Origin: an uncultured virus (IMG/VR IMGVR_UViG_3300049783_001162) | Taxonomy: Duplodnaviria > Heunggongvirae > Uroviricota > Caudoviricetes | DNA: 20,000 nucleotides | IMG/VR virus record: IMGVR_UViG_3300049783_001162 | Direction: 5' to 3' (one strand) | Shown: positions 17,393-20,000 of the stretch, one piece after another | Layout of the letters: each line of letters opens with the position of its first letter | How positions within the stretch are numbered: position 1 is the stretch's first letter | The notes under the pieces: generated by a model | What the model saw: only the letters and a program-made list of their open reading frames with translations | Told to the model about the DNA's origin: nothing | Databases searched by the model: none | Position numbers and translations under genes: made by a program

Positions 17393-17880
17393 TGTACACG
17401 CATCTTAACACTGCGCACAATCAAGTTGTTGCTGCTGGGCATATCGTTTCTTGGAGCAAAATCTATTAGTGCTCCAAACGATATGTCTGCAACATCAATA
17501 TCTTCCATCCCCCAATATGCACCAAGAAGTCCACTGTATGTTTTGATATTCTCTGTGCTGAGATCCGATACGTCTGTGCCGCTTGTGCCAAGTGCAAGCA
17601 ATTGAACTCTGTCATCTTGAATGCGTGAATATCGTTGTGCTTCTATACGCAGTTCAACTCTGTCAACCACACCAGCAGCAAATGAAAAGTTGGTGTATAT
17701 CAGTCCCTTGCTGCCATAGGTGTTGACTTTGTCGTTGTAATCCTGCGCAGATGCATACAACAACGCAGTGCTCTGTAGGTCTGTGGTTTGATCTAATACA
17801 CTATCTCCATCAGTGAAGTCTATACCTTCATCTGTGTCTTGTGCTATAGTTGCGGGGGTTTTCCAATTGGTCCATGTCAT
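17380..17880 (-). CDS. Hypothetical acidic beta-rich protein, possibly virion-associated
   Basis: Probable start is ATG 17880 (MTWTNWKTP), preceded on the minus strand by ATAAATA 5 nt upstream. It overlaps the helicase convergently. Confidence 0.6.
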   Translation of the reverse strand: MTWTNWKTPATIAQDTDEGIDFTDGDSVLDQTTDLQSTALLYASAQDYNDKVNTYGSKGLIYTNFSFAAGVVDRVELRIEAQRYSRIQDDRVQLLALGTSGTDVSDLSTENIKTYSGLLGAYWGMEDIDVADISFGALIDFAPRNDMPSSNNLIVRSVKMRVHYSS

Positions 17881-17885
17881 GATAA

Positions 17886-17892
17886 TATTTAT
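17886..17892 (-). promoter_or_regulatory. T4-late-like box ATAAATA
   Basis: The minus strand reads ATAAATA-ttatc-ATG(17880). Confidence 0.5.
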
Positions 17893-17994
17893 GAAGCACA
17901 CTGAGTTGCGGGCAATTAAATGGCCACTTAAACCGGTGATTCAAGCTGGTCAAGTACCAGCGTACTATTCTAACATACAAAATAAAAACTGCAA

Positions 17995-18050
17995 CAACCA
18001 CGTCGATAGCTAGCTATCGACGTGTCGTTAGGGCCCTATCGACACGGTTG
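17995..18050. repeat. Two tandem 22-bp palindromic units inside an outer inverted repeat
   Basis: CAACC-a-[CGTCGATAG-CTAG-CTATCGACG][TGTCGTTAG-GGCC-CTATCGACA]-c-GGTTG. Bases 17999-18024 form a perfect 26-bp palindrome. Confidence 0.9.
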
Positions 18051-18103
18051 ACAATTTAACGCCATTTTATAGTCAATTCCAGTAGACCCACTATACGTTT
18101 ACT

Positions 18104-18388
18104 TCACTTGCTGTATGGTGTTATTATCAATGTTTTACAATCGTGTTTTAACGCGAACATGGTCATTGCTGAACGGCGTTTGTGCCAAGCAAGTATAATA
18201 GCAGGACGACCATGCCCGCGCGGCCACTCGTCATTGATATTAAGATCAACTATAAACCCTTGGTCTGTTAACAGCTTGCCCAGTATCCTTGCTTCGCTTC
18301 TTAGAAATAGTGTATTTCCTTGCGGCCCCGAAACACTGCGCCAAGGCCGACGTTCCAAGGTCCAACAAGATTCGGCAAGTTCTGTCAT
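18104..18388 (-). CDS. Small paralog-family protein (W..GF..H..A..F.L family)
   Basis: CWTL...LTDQGFIV...AWHKRRSAMTMFALKH. ATGA coupling to the upstream gene. Confidence 0.7.
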   Translation of the reverse strand: MTELAESCWTLERRPWRSVSGPQGNTLFLRSEARILGKLLTDQGFIVDLNINDEWPRGHGRPAIILAWHKRRSAMTMFALKHDCKTLIITPYSK

Positions 18389-18639
18389 TGTTCTATCTTA
18401 ACGCATTCTACACTAAATGGGCATAGTCCTGTTTCGTTGAGAATGAACAAGTCCAATGCATATTTGCTCATGTGAATTACAAACAATTTAGTTTTCGGTA
18501 TATGATCAACTAAGAAGCACCTTCCGCCTCGGTGGACTACAAACCCGGCTTGTTCAAATCTATGAACTAGACCCAGATAATTCCCAAGGCCGAAATTATC
18601 TTCCGGCTGTGGAGTGTGCAGTGTCCAGCGATAAATCAT
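18385..18639 (-). CDS. Small paralog-family protein
   Basis: YRWTL...FEQAGFVV...VIHMSKYALDLFIL. ATGA overlaps at both ends. Confidence 0.7.
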   Translation of the reverse strand: MIYRWTLHTPQPEDNFGLGNYLGLVHRFEQAGFVVHRGGRCFLVDHIPKTKLFVIHMSKYALDLFILNETGLCPFSVECVKIEQ

Positions 18640-18917
18640 TGGCCAATCCTTGTGTTCTTTGAATATCCACTTGCCCGCGGCTGACTGCTTTCAAATACAA
18701 CAATATCGTTGATGTGCAGCACGCCGCGTGTGTTGGCAGCATCAGCTAGGACCTGCAACCGGGCTCTGTTGATCAACTTGACAAAATCTGGATATGTGTA
18801 CAACAACGCGCCTGTGCAACGATCTTGGATCCACATACGCTGGAATGCCTTTACAATGCCAAATTGTTGATCTGTGTTGCTCTTGGGAACAGCAACCTGC
18901 CGAGGAAGTGTGTACAC
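18636..18917 (-). CDS. Hypothetical protein (93 aa), not a member of the paralog family
   Basis: GTG start with AAAGGA upstream on the minus strand. Its stop overlaps the next ATG (ATGA). Confidence 0.6.
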   Translation of the reverse strand: MYTLPRQVAVPKSNTDQQFGIVKAFQRMWIQDRCTGALLYTYPDFVKLINRARLQVLADAANTRGVLHINDIVVFESSQPRASGYSKNTRIGQ

Positions 18918-18957
18918 GATAGTAGTTCCTTTGTATCAACTGTGATATTACTTGCTC

Positions 18958-18996
18958 AACGTAGCATGTTGACACGGGCATGTCAACAAGTATATT
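18958..18996. promoter_or_regulatory. Palindromic TGTTGACA-N6-TGTCAACA element providing overlapping opposite-strand -35 boxes
   Basis: Inverted repeat at 18967-18974/18981-18988. Minus strand: TTGACA-17-TGcTACGTT (18963-18958). Plus strand: TTGACA-16-TATATT (18991-18996). Confidence 0.5.
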
Positions 18997-19007
18997 CACA
19001 ACCTACC

Positions 19008-19041
19008 GTTATTACCCAAGATAACATCGATGGGTAATAAC
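19008..19041. repeat. Hairpin with an 11-bp perfect stem
   Basis: GTTATTACCCA-N12-TGGGTAATAAC. Confidence 0.8.
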
Positions 19042-19167
19042 CTCGGCGATGTCCAGCCATCCTTGCCATCAAGAGCCCGAAAGCCTAGAGGCCTGCCTAG
19101 CAGGGCAACGCAAAAAATTTTCACGGGTCTTTTTCGCAGTTGCATTCCTGCGTGTGATTTGTCTGTG

Positions 19168-19199
19168 ATCCAAAAGTTTGCGACGCAAACTTTTAGGAT
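19168..19199. terminator. Palindrome, possible (bidirectional) intrinsic terminator
   Basis: AAAAGTTTGCG-A-CGCAAACTTTT (19172-19194) flanked by ATCC/GGAT. It lies just past the stop of the minus-strand gene ending at 19214 and has T4 tails in both directions. Confidence 0.45.
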
Positions 19200-19213
19200 G
19201 CACCTCCCGTGGG

Positions 19214-19456
19214 TTATAATGCGGTTATCCTCATATCCATACCATGCGCATCAAATGCCAGCAGAAACAGTGTGAGGGCTCGTGCATGTTCATGTGACAC
19301 AGAGTAGCAGAATCTAGGGCCAACACTCCTGTACATGTCTGGCTGAGAATTGCTTAATTTTACACTGAATCCACGGCGGTTTAGAGTTCGTACAAAACCA
19401 TGTCGACGGCTGGGGATTCCCCAGTCGACTACAATGCTTATCTTCCAAGTGTTCAT
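19214..19456 (-). CDS. Small paralog-family protein
   Basis: MNTWKI...LNRRGFSV...YSVSHEHARALTLFLL. ATGA coupling. Confidence 0.72.
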   Translation of the reverse strand: MNTWKISIVVDWGIPSRRHGFVRTLNRRGFSVKLSNSQPDMYRSVGPRFCYSVSHEHARALTLFLLAFDAHGMDMRITAL

Positions 19457-19677
19457 AATTCAGTTACCTGCATTTCTTCCATCACGTTGCTCCACTTCAG
19501 TGAAAACATCATCATGGCATGCGCACCGGCATGTGTTACAATCCAACTGCTGTATGCAGTATCAGGATCAGGCGAAAGTGTTTTAAAGCATGCAAAGCCA
19601 AATTCTCGTAGAGTACTTAGAACAACGTCTTCGGCTGCAGGCGCAAAGCAGGTTACGTCCACTCGCCACTTATGCAT
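19453..19677 (-). CDS. Small paralog-family protein
   Basis: MHKWRV...LREFGFAC...WIVTHAGAHAMMMFSLKW. ATGCATAA overlap with the upstream gene. Confidence 0.72.
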   Translation of the reverse strand: MHKWRVDVTCFAPAAEDVVLSTLREFGFACFKTLSPDPDTAYSSWIVTHAGAHAMMMFSLKWSNVMEEMQVTEL

Positions 19678-19903
19678 CGGACACCCTGTAAGTGACTTCA
19701 GGTGTGCTTGCAGCCAACAAGAACATCATCATGGCACGCTTGCTGGCATGTGAAACAGCGTATGTGAATCGCGACCCCTGGGTTTCGCCTACAAACACAA
19801 TTTTAAATCCGGCCTGATCCAGGTCACATTCAACGCGATGCTGACGCGCCAGGCTGTGTCTGCTATGCGAATCGATTCTGATCAACAACTTCCATTTATG
19901 CAT
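19670..19903 (-). CDS. Small paralog-family protein
   Basis: Start moved to ATG 19903 (MHKWKL...LDQAGFKI...YAVSHASKRAMMMFLL). ATGCATAA overlap with the upstream gene. Confidence 0.72.
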   Translation of the reverse strand: MHKWKLLIRIDSHSRHSLARQHRVECDLDQAGFKIVFVGETQGSRFTYAVSHASKRAMMMFLLAASTPEVTYRVSDA

Positions 19904-20000
19904 TAGAGTACTCTGATATGACAGTGAACAAATTCGCATCAACTGTTAGCATGTGGATCATCATAGCGTGTTTGCTGTGGTGCTGTACAGTGTAACGCCA
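19896..20000 (-). CDS. Small paralog-family protein, 5' truncated by the window edge
   Basis: Hand translation from 20000 gives WRYTVQHHSKHAMMIHMLTVDANLFTVISEYSNA*, which matches the family C-terminal motif. Confidence 0.65.
   Translation of the reverse strand, partial: WRYTVQHHSKHAMMIHMLTVDANLFTVISEYSNA

Noticed and set aside
17813..18013. 66-aa plus-strand ORF
   Set aside because: It overlaps a better-supported minus-strand gene, its stop falls within the palindrome, and it shows no protein-like motif.
17995..18050. CRISPR-like repeat array
   Set aside because: There are only two abutting palindromic units, with no spacers and no cas genes in the window.
19000..19213. tRNA gene, or the 81-aa plus-strand ORF 19030..19275
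   Set aside because: No cloverleaf or T-loop GTTC motif was seen. The ORF has no SD, runs through hairpins and overlaps an opposite-strand gene.
18104..20000. Diversity-generating retroelement or integron cassette explanation for the paralog array
   Set aside because: No reverse transcriptase or integrase is present, and no near-identical TR/VR pair was seen. The genes overlap each other, leaving no room for attC sites.
1..20000. Alternative genetic code (stop-codon reassignment)
   Set aside because: Standard code 11 gives full-length, tightly packed ORFs across the window.

Overview
This is a gene-dense segment of a large T4-like or jumbo dsDNA phage genome; the phage assignment is inferred from gene content. 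It has four parts. (1) 1-4958 is a nucleotide-sugar/glycosylation cluster: a partial cytidylyltransferase-cupin fusion, two GT-A-type glycosyltransferases and three paralogous 'HTDR..I.R.(H/K)P' GT-B-like domains. (2) 4976-17392 is a replication/recombination block: UvsW-like helicase, gp62-like clamp-loader subunit, a 184-aa minimal DnaE-like protein, primase and DnaB/gp41 helicase. It is interrupted by two putative PD-(D/E)XK nuclease genes, a NodU/CmcH carbamoyltransferase preceded by a 41-aa peptide, a DUF59 Fe-S assembly gene and possible virion genes. (3) Two palindrome-rich non-coding gaps lie at 17881-18103 and 18918-19213. (4) A minus-strand array holds at least six highly diverged small paralogs. 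Two promoter classes are visible: sigma70-like TTGACA-N17-TAnnAT promoters, three of which predict leaderless mRNAs, and T4-late-like TAAATA boxes. All functional calls come from motifs read by eye; no database searches were run.
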